NCBI GenBank assembly: GCA_963815115.1
Contig: CAWFFN010000005.1
Span: 1,280,001 to 1,344,000 of the forward strand
Reading direction: 5' to 3'
DNA length: 64,000 nt
From: an uncultured delta proteobacterium
GTDB lineage: Bacteria > Desulfobacterota > Binatia > DP-6
Both the position numbers and the translations under genes were made by a program. Positions 10,422 to 22,030 of the stretch are shown here, piece after piece; position 1 is the first letter of the stretch; every line of letters begins with the position of its first letter. The notes under the pieces were generated by a model. It saw nothing but the letters and a program-made list of their open reading frames with translations, was not told the origin of the DNA and did not search any database.

Positions 10422-10697
10422 ATGACAGGGCGCAAGATGCGGGCCGTGCATGCCACCGAAAGCCCGGTCACGGTGAAGTGGTACTACCGCCCGCTCTGGG
10501 TGCTGGTGCTGCTCTTCCTCGTTCTCGGCCCGCTGGGACTACCGTATCTCTGGAGGAGCCCTCGCTTCTCACGCGGCGCCAAGATCGCCCTCACCGCCTG
10601 CGTGCTCGCCTACACGGGGCTGCTAGTCGTGGAGACGGTTCGCATCGTGCATGAGGTGCGCCACGAGATGAAGGAGCTCCAGATCGACCTGGATTGA
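10422..10697 (+). CDS. Small membrane protein
   Basis: KWYYRPLWVLVLLFLVLGPLGLPYLWRSP; two hydrophobic segments. Confidence 0.7.
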   Translation: MTGRKMRAVHATESPVTVKWYYRPLWVLVLLFLVLGPLGLPYLWRSPRFSRGAKIALTACVLAYTGLLVVETVRIVHEVRHEMKELQIDLD

Positions 10698-12884
<2,187 letters not shown>

Positions 12885-12915
12885 TAGACCTCGCGGTCGG
12901 CGGCGGTCAAATCAG

Positions 12916-13041
12916 GTCGCGGCGATCGAGCAGCAGGGCAACACCGTCGTGGCCCACATCGGCGACCAACAGAGCGACCTCGAAGGCGGCCACGCGCTCC
13001 ACGTCTGCAAGGTGCCGAACCCGATGTACCTCATCCCTTGA
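12916..13041 (+). pseudogene. C-terminal remnant of a HAD class IIIB acid phosphatase
   Basis: AAIEQQGNTVVAHIGDQQSDLEGG..KVPNPMYLIP*; the N-terminal DxDxT part is absent. Confidence 0.7.
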
Positions 13042-13086
13042 CGCGGCGGGACGCGGGGATAGGCTCCGCACCCGGGAGGACGATCG

Positions 13087-13992
13087 ATGGACGCGCGCGA
13101 CGAGGCCTTGCTCCGGATCGGGATTGCCGCGGCACTCGCCGACGGCGTGTGCGACGAGCGAGAGCGCAGCCACCTGGACGCGCTGGCGCGCGCGGCCGGC
13201 GCCGAGAGCAGCGCGGAACTCGGGAGGGACCCGAGCCTGCCGCCCGATCTGGCGACCCGCCTCGACACGCCCGAGGCCAGGCAGTCCGCCTACGACCTCG
13301 CCGTCGCCGTGTGCAACGCCGACGGCAGCGCCAACGCGGCCGAGATGCGCTTCCTCGCCACCCTGCGCGGCACGCTCGGGCTGAGCGAGGCGAGCGTCGC
13401 GGCGGCGGCGAGCACGGGCGCAGCCCTCGCCGGCTCCGCGGTAGCGGGCGCGCCCGCGGCGGGAGCCGCGGCGTCGACCGACGACCTGATCCTCCAGCAG
13501 GCGGTCCTGGCGGGTGCGCTCGAGCTGCTCCCACAGACACTGGCGTCGCTGGCGGTGATCCCGGTGCAGCTCCGGCTCGTCTACCAGATCGGCAAGCGGC
13601 ACGGGCAGCAGCTCGACGCCGCGCAGGCGAAGGACCTGCTGGCGACGCTCGGGATCGGCGCCGCGACGCAGGTGCTCGATGGTGCGGCGCGCCGGGTGCT
13701 CAGCGGAGTCGCCAGCGGCGTGCTCGGCCGGCTTCTCGGCGGGCTCGTCGGCGGCGTCGCCGGCTCGGCTGCGGGCGCGGGCACCGTGTTCGCCGCGACC
13801 TACGCCCTCGGCCACGCCGCCGAGCAGTACTACCGGCAAGGACGCGATCTCGGCACGGCGGATCTGCAGGCGCTGTTCGCGAAGCTGCGCGACCAGGCGC
13901 AGACGCTCTATCCCAAGGTGCAGGCGGAGATCCAGGAGCGCGCGCGGTCGCTCGACTTGAAGCAGCTCACGGCGTCGCTGACGCGCGGGTGA
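13087..13992 (+). CDS. TerB-like plus DUF697/YcjF-like membrane-associated protein
   Basis: Two ADG...E motifs; ALELLPQTLASLAVIPVQLRLVYQIG; glycine zipper; GGAGG RBS. Confidence 0.75.
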   Translation: MDARDEALLRIGIAAALADGVCDERERSHLDALARAAGAESSAELGRDPSLPPDLATRLDTPEARQSAYDLAVAVCNADGSANAAEMRFLATLRGTLGLSEASVAAAASTGAALAGSAVAGAPAAGAAASTDDLILQQAVLAGALELLPQTLASLAVIPVQLRLVYQIGKRHGQQLDAAQAKDLLATLGIGAATQVLDGAARRVLSGVASGVLGRLLGGLVGGVAGSAAGAGTVFAATYALGHAAEQYYRQGRDLGTADLQALFAKLRDQAQTLYPKVQAEIQERARSLDLKQLTASLTRG

Positions 13993-14774
13993 GCCGGTCT
14001 CTCGCCATCGTGGCCGCGTGCCTCGCGGCCTGGGGCTGCGCCGAGCGCGTCCGGCTGCCCGCCGGGCCGCCGTTCCGTTTCGCCAACGACACCTTTGCGT
14101 TCTCCAACGAGACCGTCTGGGAGTACAACATCGACGAGGCGACGGGACACGCGACCTGGCACCGCCGGGATCCGCGACCACCGTTCTCGCTGCGCTGCGG
14201 GAACATGGCGCGCGCGGCCCGCCAGTTTCATCTCGAGGCTCGCTTTGCACCCGACCGGAGCCCGCCCGACGAAGCCACGCTGGGCGCGCTCGTGAGCGAG
14301 GTGCTCGCGCGCGATCCGCGCGAGACCCGACCCTCGGCAGATCCGGTCCTGATCCCGGGCTATGCCGATCTTCGTCAGCTCACGGCGGCGCACCGGCCGC
14401 TGTTCGAGCGGGAGCTCGGCGGCGCGCTGCTGAGCCACCTGCAGCGCGGCAACTGGCGCATGATCTTTCCCTTCCTGCCCGGCGAGCAACGGCGCGAGGC
14501 CGACCATCTCGCCGATGCGCTGCGCCGGGGAGAGACGCCGATCCTGCACGTGGTCCGCTTTCCCGCGCTCACCCTGAATCACATGGTGCTGCTCTTCGAG
14601 GTCGAGGAGACCCCGGAGGAGCTGCGCTTCCAGGCCTATGATCCGAATGACGCCAGCGCTCCCATCGTCGTGCGCTGGGACAGGGGAGGGCGCACGTTCG
14701 TCTTCCCACGCACGCCCTACTTCGGGGGCGGTCCGGTGAAGGCGTACGGCATCTATGATGGCCTGCTCCTGTAG
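13989..14774 (+). CDS. Hypothetical lipoprotein, possible papain-like fold
   Basis: GTGA overlap with upstream stop; AWGC lipobox-like; RCGNMA, NHMVLL, YDPN. Confidence 0.65.
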   Translation: MSRSLAIVAACLAAWGCAERVRLPAGPPFRFANDTFAFSNETVWEYNIDEATGHATWHRRDPRPPFSLRCGNMARAARQFHLEARFAPDRSPPDEATLGALVSEVLARDPRETRPSADPVLIPGYADLRQLTAAHRPLFERELGGALLSHLQRGNWRMIFPFLPGEQRREADHLADALRRGETPILHVVRFPALTLNHMVLLFEVEETPEELRFQAYDPNDASAPIVVRWDRGGRTFVFPRTPYFGGGPVKAYGIYDGLLL

Positions 14775-15348
14775 GCGGCGCCTCGCGGCGCTGGTGCTCC
14801 TCGCCGCCGTCCTGCCCGGCTGCGTCACCGGCCACCTGATGGATGCCGCCCGGCGGCGCGAGCGGCCGATCAGGGTCACCGCGGCGGCCATCGACGGAGA
14901 GCGCCTGGTGGTCCGCTACACCGCCGAGGTGCGTGACGCCGACGGCGATCCGCTCGGCACCACCGACGGCGCGGCGGCGATCCCGCTCGCGACCATGCGG
15001 AGCGCGGAGTCCCCGCTGGCCGATCGCGTCTCGCCGTCGTGGCCGTCACCGCGGCGAGCTGCCGGCGGCGTCCCGATCGTGGTCGAGCGCGCACCGGGGG
15101 CGGGAGGCGGATCGACCTGCGCCGGTCCGCTGCTCGAGGTGGTCGAGAAGGATGGTCGCGACACGGCCCTGGTCTGGCGCGATGCGCCCGGCGCGCCGCC
15201 GAATGCGCCCGTCCCGCTCGCGGCGCTCACCCGCACCCGGACGGCACCGTGGGCGTGGCCGCTGGTGCCGCCGCTGCTGGCGGTGGACGCAGTGCTCACT
15301 CCTGTCCTGGTGTTCTTCGCCCCGGCAGTCATGGTGATCGGCGAGTGA
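14755..15348 (+). CDS. Hypothetical lipoprotein with C-terminal hydrophobic segment
   Basis: LPGC lipobox; PLLAVDAVLTPVLVF tail. Confidence 0.6.
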   Translation: MMACSCRRRLAALVLLAAVLPGCVTGHLMDAARRRERPIRVTAAAIDGERLVVRYTAEVRDADGDPLGTTDGAAAIPLATMRSAESPLADRVSPSWPSPRRAAGGVPIVVERAPGAGGGSTCAGPLLEVVEKDGRDTALVWRDAPGAPPNAPVPLAALTRTRTAPWAWPLVPPLLAVDAVLTPVLVFFAPAVMVIGE

Positions 15349-15353
15349 GCGGC

Positions 15354-16754
15354 TCAGTGCCGCGCGTCCATCACCACCGGCATGCCGCGGGAGGGCCCGT
15401 ACGTGATGGCGCGCTGCACGGGGCGCATGCGGTAGCCGGGCGCGATGCGCAGGTCGGCCAGCCGCAGCACTTCGGCCAGCACGACCTTCATCTCGTAGGT
15501 GGCGAACGCCGCACCGAGGCAGCGCCGCACGCCGCCGCCGAAGGGGAAGAAGTGAGACGGGCTCGGGCGCACGCCGAGGAAGCGATCGGGATGGAAGCGC
15601 GCGGGCTCCGGCCACAGGTCGGGTCGGCGATGGACGAGGTAGATCGCGGGCGAGACGACGACGCCCGCGGGCAGGTCGCGTCCGCCGATGCACGCCGGAG
15701 CGTGCAGCATACGCCCCGTGAAGGCAACGACCGGCGTCAGGCGCTGGGTCTCCTTCAGGACCGCGTCCAGGTACTCGAGCCGGCTCACGTGTTCGGGCTC
15801 GAGCGGCCCGTCGCCCAGCACGGCGTGCAGCTCGTCGCGCAGGCGCCGGTGCACGTCGGGATGGCGTAGCACCTGGTAGAAGGCCCAGGCGAGCGACGTC
15901 GCCGTGGTCTCGTGCCCGGCCATCAGCAGCGTGAACATCTCGTCACGCAACTCGGGGTCGGTCATGCGCTCGCCGTGCTGGTCGCGGGCGTCGAGCAGGA
16001 GCGACAGGATGTCGGTCCGGCCCGCCGTGCCCTCGGTGCGGCGTCTGGCCATCTCCGCGTACAGGATGTCGTCGATGGCGCGCGCCCGGCGCACGTACTG
16101 GCCCCACGGCGAGAGACCGCGCAGCTCGACCTGGAGGAACGGAGGCACGACGAAGGCGGCGGCCGGTCCGTCTGCCAGGGCGAGGAAGCGATCGATCCGG
16201 CGCCGCAGCTCGACCAGCCTGGGGCCGTCGTCGATGCCGAAGACGGCTCGCAGGATGACATCGAGGGTGATGGTCTGCATCTCGTGGTGGATCGGAAACG
16301 GGTGCCCCAGCGGCCAGCCGTCGAGCACGCGCTGCGCGCTCTCGCGCACGAGCCGCCCGTAGAGGTACACGCGCTCGCCGTGGAACGGCGGCGACATGAG
16401 CCGGCGTTCGCGCAGGTGGCGCTCGCCGTCGAGCACGAGCAGGGCATGCTTGCCGAGCAACGGCACCAGGATGTCGCCGGCCGCTTCGCCGGCGCGGAAG
16501 GTCTCGGGATTCCCGGCGTGGATGTCACGAATGGCGTCGGGGTGGCTGCAGAAGACATTGGTGCGCCCGCCGATCAGGCGAAGGGTGAACCAGTCGCCCC
16601 AGCGCCGCGCGCACGCCTCGATGGTCTGCAACGGCCGGAACGCGAAGCGGAGGGTCTGGAACAATCGCGGCGCGGTGGGACCGGGCGGCAGCGACGGCCC
16701 CGTCGGCTCGGTCCGGGAAGAAGCGTCCTGGAGCTGGAAGCGGAGAGCGCTCAT
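15354..16754 (-). CDS. Cytochrome P450
   Basis: AGHETT, ETQR, FGGGVRRCLG. Confidence 0.96.
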   Translation of the reverse strand: MSALRFQLQDASSRTEPTGPSLPPGPTAPRLFQTLRFAFRPLQTIEACARRWGDWFTLRLIGGRTNVFCSHPDAIRDIHAGNPETFRAGEAAGDILVPLLGKHALLVLDGERHLRERRLMSPPFHGERVYLYGRLVRESAQRVLDGWPLGHPFPIHHEMQTITLDVILRAVFGIDDGPRLVELRRRIDRFLALADGPAAAFVVPPFLQVELRGLSPWGQYVRRARAIDDILYAEMARRRTEGTAGRTDILSLLLDARDQHGERMTDPELRDEMFTLLMAGHETTATSLAWAFYQVLRHPDVHRRLRDELHAVLGDGPLEPEHVSRLEYLDAVLKETQRLTPVVAFTGRMLHAPACIGGRDLPAGVVVSPAIYLVHRRPDLWPEPARFHPDRFLGVRPSPSHFFPFGGGVRRCLGAAFATYEMKVVLAEVLRLADLRIAPGYRMRPVQRAITYGPSRGMPVVMDARH

Positions 16755-16785
16755 CGGAACCTCCGTGGGGCCGCGGCCCGGCAGC

Positions 16786-17367
16786 TCAGCGCGGGAGCAG
16801 GCCCTGGTAGACGATCTGCTCGAAGACCGGCATCAGCTCGGCGTACGGAATGTGCTGCTGGAGCGACAGCATACCGCCGCTCAGGAAGAGCACGTAGGCG
16901 GCGCGCTCGGGATCGATGTCGCCGAACGTGCCCTCGCGGATTCCGTCGCGGATCACGTCGGCGATCATGGCCACGTTACGGCGCTGCATGTCTTCGTACA
17001 GCTGCTCGATCAGCGGCGCGAAAACGATGTCGGTGTCGCGCGTGACGATGGCGGTCATGAGCGCGTTCTCCGCCGCGAAGCTGACGCTGGCGGTGCCCAG
17101 CCCGCGCAGGCGCTCCACGGCCGTGCCCGGGCCCTCGAGCGCGCGGCGCGACTCCGCCAGCCAGGCGTCGTTCATGGCCTGCACCACGGCGAGGAAGACC
17201 GCTTCCTTGCCGGCGAAGTACCGGTACACCGTCCCGACCGCGACGCCCGCCGCGCGCGCGATCTCGGCGATGCTCGTCCGGCGGTACCCGAAGGCCTCGA
17301 AGCGCTGTCGCGCGGCATCGACGATCCGGGCCCTGGAGATCGCCTCCGGAGCGGGCCCGTTGGTCAT
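16786..17367 (-). CDS. TetR/AcrR family regulator
   Basis: GYRRTSIAEIARAAGVAVGTVYRYFAGKE. Confidence 0.93.
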   Translation of the reverse strand: MTNGPAPEAISRARIVDAARQRFEAFGYRRTSIAEIARAAGVAVGTVYRYFAGKEAVFLAVVQAMNDAWLAESRRALEGPGTAVERLRGLGTASVSFAAENALMTAIVTRDTDIVFAPLIEQLYEDMQRRNVAMIADVIRDGIREGTFGDIDPERAAYVLFLSGGMLSLQQHIPYAELMPVFEQIVYQGLLPR

Positions 17368-17403
17368 AATGAACGTTTGCCTCTAAACGTTCATTCCTGT
17401 CAA
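17368..17403 (-). promoter_or_regulatory. Putative TetR operator and -35 box
   Basis: Perfect inverted repeat AATGAACGTTT-6nt-AAACGTTCATT (17368-17395) abutting the ATG; TTGACA on minus strand at 17403-17398. Confidence 0.75.
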
Positions 17404-17407
17404 GACC

Positions 17408-17788
17408 TCACGCGGGCTCGGGGTCCGGATGCCCTTCTCGACCGGCGGGGAAGACCGAGTGCAGCTGATGGCGGGGATGCCGCAGCCGGAGCGCGCGCCG
17501 CCGTCCGACGCCGAGCTTCTGGCGCACCGCCTCGGCGTCGATGCCGACCATCGCGCACACGTTCTCGAAGCTGAACAGCCATTTCGTGTCGTCGGACGCG
17601 AACCAGCCCTCGACCCCGTCGATCAGGGAGCGGCTTCGCGCCAGTGACTCGGGGAGCGCGAGCGGTCGCGGCAGGGCGCGGCGTCGCTCGAGGTCCGCCA
17701 CGGCCTGTTCGAGTACGGCCAGTGCCAGCTGCTGCGCGGGGCTGGTGGGGCGGCTCCCGGGACCGTCGAAGGCTCCCACGCGACCCAT
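17408..17788 (-). CDS. Conserved small hypothetical protein
   Basis: LALAVLEQAVADL...WFASDD..WLFSFENVCAMVGID pattern. Confidence 0.7.
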   Translation of the reverse strand: MGRVGAFDGPGSRPTSPAQQLALAVLEQAVADLERRRALPRPLALPESLARSRSLIDGVEGWFASDDTKWLFSFENVCAMVGIDAEAVRQKLGVGRRRALRLRHPRHQLHSVFPAGREGHPDPEPA

Positions 17789-17833
17789 GGTAGCCCGATT
17801 CGGCTTTTCCCGAAGGTGAACTTTCTGCGACAG

Positions 17834-17854
17834 GCGCCGCGACGATCGCGGCGC
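17834..17854 (-). terminator. Hairpin downstream of leuD
   Basis: GCGCCGCGA-CGA-TCGCGGCGC. Confidence 0.45.
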
Positions 17855-17856
17855 GG

Positions 17857-18480
17857 CTAGGGGGTGACGCGCCAGTCCGCGAAGTAGGGCAGCGCAGCGG
17901 CCGTGCGGGCGATGGCGTCCCGGGCGGCGAGCAGCTCGCCCGTCGTGTCCCAGGTGCCGTCGACGAGCTGCTGCCGTGCGGACTCCGGCATCGAGATCGG
18001 AAAGCTCGCGTCGCCCGCGGTGACGCGCATGGCCTCCAGGTCGACGTACATCTCGCGCGCGGGATTCGCCTCGCAGCGAGCCATCAGGTCGGCCACGGCG
18101 GCCGCATCGGCCGTCACGCAGGGGATGCCCAGCGCCAGACAGTTGCCGGCGAAGATCTCGGCGAACGACTCGCCCACGATGGCCTGGATGCCGCGGCCCC
18201 AGCGCATGATGGCCTGCGGGGCGTGCTCGCGCGACGAGCCGCAGCCGAAGTTGCGATTCACCAGCAGGACGCGGGCAGCCCGGAAGCGGGGATCGTCGAA
18301 CGGGTGCAGCTCACCCGCGGCCTTTGCCTGGGCGCGGTCGTCCTCGAACGCGGCGGCGCCCAGTCCCTCGAAGACGACGCTGCGGAGAAACCTGGCGGGG
18401 ATGATGCGATCGGTGTCGATGTCGTGGCCGCGGACCGGGATCGCCGGGCCGCCGCTCCGTACGCGCTTGGCCTCCTCCAT
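17857..18480 (-). CDS. leuD: 3-isopropylmalate dehydratase small subunit
   Basis: DIDTDRIIPARFL, NFGCGSSREHAPQA, ESFAEIF. Confidence 0.95.
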   Translation of the reverse strand: MEEAKRVRSGGPAIPVRGHDIDTDRIIPARFLRSVVFEGLGAAAFEDDRAQAKAAGELHPFDDPRFRAARVLLVNRNFGCGSSREHAPQAIMRWGRGIQAIVGESFAEIFAGNCLALGIPCVTADAAAVADLMARCEANPAREMYVDLEAMRVTAGDASFPISMPESARQQLVDGTWDTTGELLAARDAIARTAAALPYFADWRVTP

Positions 18481-18482
18481 GA

Positions 18483-19910
18483 TCAGGCTCCTTCCGTGTC
18501 GATGCCGAAGAGCTCGCGAGCGTCGGTCACCTCGCCGGCGATGGCGGCGGCGGCGACCATGACGGGCGACATGAGGAGCGTGCGGCCCGTCGGCGAGCCC
18601 TGGCGGCCCTTGAAGTTGCGGTTGGACGACGAGGCGCACAGCTGGGTGCCTTCGAGCTTGTCGGGATTCATGGCGAGGCACATCGAGCAGCCCGCCTCGC
18701 GGAAGTCGAAGCCCGCGTCGCGGAAGACCCGATCCCATCCGCGGCGCACCGCCTCCTCGCGCACGCGCTGCGAGCCGGGCACCACCAGCGCCTGCACGTG
18801 CGGCGCGACCCGGAAGCTGCGGCCGCGGATGCGCCGCACCACCTCCTCGAGATCGGAGAGCCGGCCGTTGGTGCACGAGCCGATGAACGCGACGTCGATC
18901 TTCGTGCCGCGGATGGGCTTGCCGGGCTCGAGACGCATGTAGCGATAGGCCTCGCCGACCAGCGGGCGCTCGGCCTCGGGAAAGTCGCCGGCCGCGGGCA
19001 GTGCCGCGCCCACCGGCGTCGACTGACCCGGCGTGATCCCCCAGGTGACGACGGGCTCGATGTCCTCGCCGCGCAGGCGCACCACGTCGTCGTAGTGCGC
19101 GTCCGGGTCGCTTCGCATCGATTCCCAGTAGGCCACCGCCCGATCCCACGCCGGCTCGCCGGGCACGAAATCGCGGCCCCGGAGATAGTCGTAGGTGGTG
19201 CGGTCGGGATTGACGTAGCCGCAGCGCGCGCCGCCCTCGATGGACATGTTGCACACCGTCATCCGCTCCTCCATCGAGAAGCGATCGATGACCTCGCCCG
19301 CGTACTCGTAGGCGTAGCCCACGCCGCCGTGCACCCCGAGGCGGTTGATGATCCAGAGGATCACGTCCTTGGCGTAGACGCCGGGACGCAGCCGGCCGTT
19401 CACCTCGATGCGGCGGACGCGGAGCTTGTCCATGGCGAGGCACTGGCTGGCGAGGACGTCGCGGACCTGCGACGTGCCGATACCGAAGGCGATGGCACCG
19501 AACGCGCCGTGCGTGGAGGTGTGGGAGTCGCCGCAGCAGATCGTCATGCCGGGCTGGGTCAGCCCGCGCTCGGGCCCGATCACGTGGACGATGCCCTGCT
19601 CGCCCGCGCTTGGCGCGAAATAGCGCAGGCCGTGTTCGGCGACGTTGCGCTCGAGGTGCTGGAGCATCTCCTCGGCCATCGGGTCGGCGAGCGGACGCGC
19701 CTGGCTGTGCGTCGGGATGATGTGGTCGACGGTCGCGAAGGTGCGCTCGGGGTAGAGAACCCGCAGTCCGCGGTCCCGCAGCATCGAGAACGCCTGCGGG
19801 GAGGTGACCTCGTGGATGAGATGGAGCCCCATCAGGAGCTGGTACTGGCCCGAGGGCAGCTGGCGCACGGTGTGCGCGTCGAAGACCTTCTCGTAGAGCG
19901 TGCGGCTCAT
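18483..19910 (-). CDS. leuC: 3-isopropylmalate dehydratase large subunit
   Basis: [50 protein letters not shown]. Confidence 0.96.
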   Translation of the reverse strand: MSRTLYEKVFDAHTVRQLPSGQYQLLMGLHLIHEVTSPQAFSMLRDRGLRVLYPERTFATVDHIIPTHSQARPLADPMAEEMLQHLERNVAEHGLRYFAPSAGEQGIVHVIGPERGLTQPGMTICCGDSHTSTHGAFGAIAFGIGTSQVRDVLASQCLAMDKLRVRRIEVNGRLRPGVYAKDVILWIINRLGVHGGVGYAYEYAGEVIDRFSMEERMTVCNMSIEGGARCGYVNPDRTTYDYLRGRDFVPGEPAWDRAVAYWESMRSDPDAHYDDVVRLRGEDIEPVVTWGITPGQSTPVGAALPAAGDFPEAERPLVGEAYRYMRLEPGKPIRGTKIDVAFIGSCTNGRLSDLEEVVRRIRGRSFRVAPHVQALVVPGSQRVREEAVRRGWDRVFRDAGFDFREAGCSMCLAMNPDKLEGTQLCASSSNRNFKGRQGSPTGRTLLMSPVMVAAAAIAGEVTDARELFGIDTEGA

Positions 19911-20377
19911 GGAGCCTCCTTGGCGTGGCGGGTCGCGTAGGACTCCAGCCGGGTGATCAGCTCGCCGCTCAAGTCGGTGAAGGCGGCGAGCGCGCGGGGA
20001 TCGAGGTCCATCCAGACGACGTCGACCGCCCGGCGGCGGAGTCCGCGCAGCGCGTCCAGCGTCTTGCGGCCGCGCGCGGTGAGCTGGTAGCGGCGCTGGC
20101 GGCCGTCGGTGTCGGAGACCGACACCGTGATGAGCCGCTTGCGCAGGAGCTGGCGGATGATGCGGGACACGGCCGGCGGGCTCGAGTCGCGGTGGCGGGC
20201 GAAGAGCGACGGCATGAAGCGCTCGCTGGCGATGCGCTCGAGCACGTCCCACTGTGCCTCGGTGAGGCCCGCGCCCTGGGCGAGCTGGGCACGGCGCTGG
20301 CGAAACAGGTCCACCAGGCGCTGCAACCGGCCGATGGCCTCGTAAACGTCGGCCGTCTGCGCCGTCCGTGCCTTCAT
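19907..20377 (-). CDS. MarR family regulator
   Basis: [32 protein letters not shown]; stop overlaps leuC ATG. Confidence 0.88.
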   Translation of the reverse strand: MKARTAQTADVYEAIGRLQRLVDLFRQRRAQLAQGAGLTEAQWDVLERIASERFMPSLFARHRDSSPPAVSRIIRQLLRKRLITVSVSDTDGRQRRYQLTARGRKTLDALRGLRRRAVDVVWMDLDPRALAAFTDLSGELITRLESYATRHAKEAP

Positions 20378-20385
20378 GCAGGCCA

Positions 20386-20407
20386 ATAGTTAACACATGT
20401 CAATTAT
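20386..20407. promoter_or_regulatory. Putative MarR operator
   Basis: AT-rich imperfect palindrome ATAGTTAACA-CA-TGTCAATTAT (8 of 10 pairs) in a divergent gap. Confidence 0.6.
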
Positions 20408-20479
20408 CGTGCGCAAGAGGCTTCCGGAGGGATGCGCAGGTCGCCCGGCGCGCAGCGGTCTGGTAGCACCGGCCCCGTC

Positions 20480-21235
20480 ATGCCCGCTTTCGAGCTTCCC
20501 GCGGTCGCCGTGCACGACCTCCGCAAACGCTTCGCGCGCACGACGGCGCTGGCCGGGGTGTCCTTCGAGGTGCGCGCGGGAGAGGTCGTCGGGCTGCTCG
20601 GCGCCAACGGCGCGGGCAAGACCACGACCCTGCACATCCTGCTCGGGTTGATCCTGCCCAGCGCGGGTCGCGTCGAGCTGTTCGGCCACGGGCCGCGCGC
20701 GAACGGGAAGGCGGCGCTCCGTCGGGTGGGCTTCGCGTCGCCCGAGGCGCTGATGGACTGGCGCCTGACGGTCGCCGAGAACCTGCGCATCTATGCGGGC
20801 CTGTACGGGGTGGGCCGGCACGCGGTCGAACGCATGGTCGAGCGCTTCGAGCTCGAGCCGCTGGCGCGCCAGCCTTTCGGCGAGCTGTCGCTCGGGCAAC
20901 AGACCCGTGCCGGCCTGGCCCGCGCTCTGCTGCACGATCCGGATCTGCTCGTGCTCGACGAGCCCACCGCGAGCCTCGACCCCGACATCGCCGACAAGAC
21001 CCGCGGCCTTCTGCTCCAGGTGCGCCGCGAACGCGGCCTCGCGATCCTCTACTCGTCGCACAACATGACCGAGGTGGAGGACGTCTGCGATCGCGTGGTC
21101 TTCGTTCACCACGGCCGCGTGGTGGCCGAGGGCACGCCGCTCGCGGTCTCGCGCCAGGTGCTCGGCAGCGACGCGCTCGACGCCGCCTCGATGCAGGAGG
21201 TGTTCTTGAAGATCTCCCGGGGGGGCGCGGCATGA
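20480..21235 (+). CDS. ABC transporter ATP-binding protein
   Basis: GANGAGKT, LSLGQ, LVLDEPT. Confidence 0.93.
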   Translation: MPAFELPAVAVHDLRKRFARTTALAGVSFEVRAGEVVGLLGANGAGKTTTLHILLGLILPSAGRVELFGHGPRANGKAALRRVGFASPEALMDWRLTVAENLRIYAGLYGVGRHAVERMVERFELEPLARQPFGELSLGQQTRAGLARALLHDPDLLVLDEPTASLDPDIADKTRGLLLQVRRERGLAILYSSHNMTEVEDVCDRVVFVHHGRVVAEGTPLAVSRQVLGSDALDAASMQEVFLKISRGGAA

Positions 21236-22017
21236 GCCGGCGCATCGGGGCACTCCTGCTGCGCTACCTGCTCCTCATCCGGCGCGACTACTCGCGGGTC
21301 GTCGACCTCGTCTACTGGCCCCTGCTCGACATCACCGTGTGGGGCCTCTTCACCTTCTTCATCTGGCGCGCGCAGATGCAGCTGCCGAACGCGATGGCGA
21401 TACTGCTGGGCGGGGCCATCCTGTGGAACGTCTTCCTGCGCGCGGCCCAGGACGTCAGCGTCTCCTTCCTCGACGACGTGTGGGCGCGCTCGGTGGTGAC
21501 CGTCTTCGCCTCGCCGCTCACCTTCGCCGAGTTCGCGGTCTCCGTCATGCTGGTCGGCCTGGTGAAGGTGGTCATGTCGCTCGCGCTCATGGGGCTGGCC
21601 GCGTGGGCGCTCTATGCCTTCCGCCTGACCACGCTCGGCTGGGCGCTCCTGCCGTTCGCCGGCAACCTCGTTCTCTTCGGCTGGACGCTCGGCCTGGTGG
21701 CCTTCGCCATCATCCTGCGCTTCGGCGGCCGCTGGCAGATCCTCGCCTGGAGCCTGCCCTTCACGGTCCTGCCCGTGTCGTGCGTCTTCTATCCGGTCTC
21801 GGTGCTACCGCCGGGCCTGCAGGTCGTGGCCCGCGCCTTGCCGGCGACGCACGTCTTCGAGGGCATGCGGACGGTGCTCCTCGAGCACCGCATCGCGTGG
21901 GACCAGCTCGCCTGGGCGAGCGCGCTCAACCTCGGCTATCTCGCCCTCGCGGCATCGCTCGTGGCCCTGGCGCTCCGCATCGCGCTGGAGCGCGGCTTGC
22001 TGCCGAAGATCCGCTGA
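21232..22017 (+). CDS. ABC-2 type exporter permease
   Basis: Six hydrophobic segments; FYPVSVLP..LPATHVFEGMR; ATGA coupling. Confidence 0.88.
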   Translation: MSRRIGALLLRYLLLIRRDYSRVVDLVYWPLLDITVWGLFTFFIWRAQMQLPNAMAILLGGAILWNVFLRAAQDVSVSFLDDVWARSVVTVFASPLTFAEFAVSVMLVGLVKVVMSLALMGLAAWALYAFRLTTLGWALLPFAGNLVLFGWTLGLVAFAIILRFGGRWQILAWSLPFTVLPVSCVFYPVSVLPPGLQVVARALPATHVFEGMRTVLLEHRIAWDQLAWASALNLGYLALAASLVALALRIALERGLLPKIR

Positions 22018-22030
22018 GGTCGGCGCCGGG

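Noticed and set aside
13690-13800. Gly-rich stretch as a bacteriocin
   Set aside because: Internal part of the DUF697-like protein; no processing or export genes.
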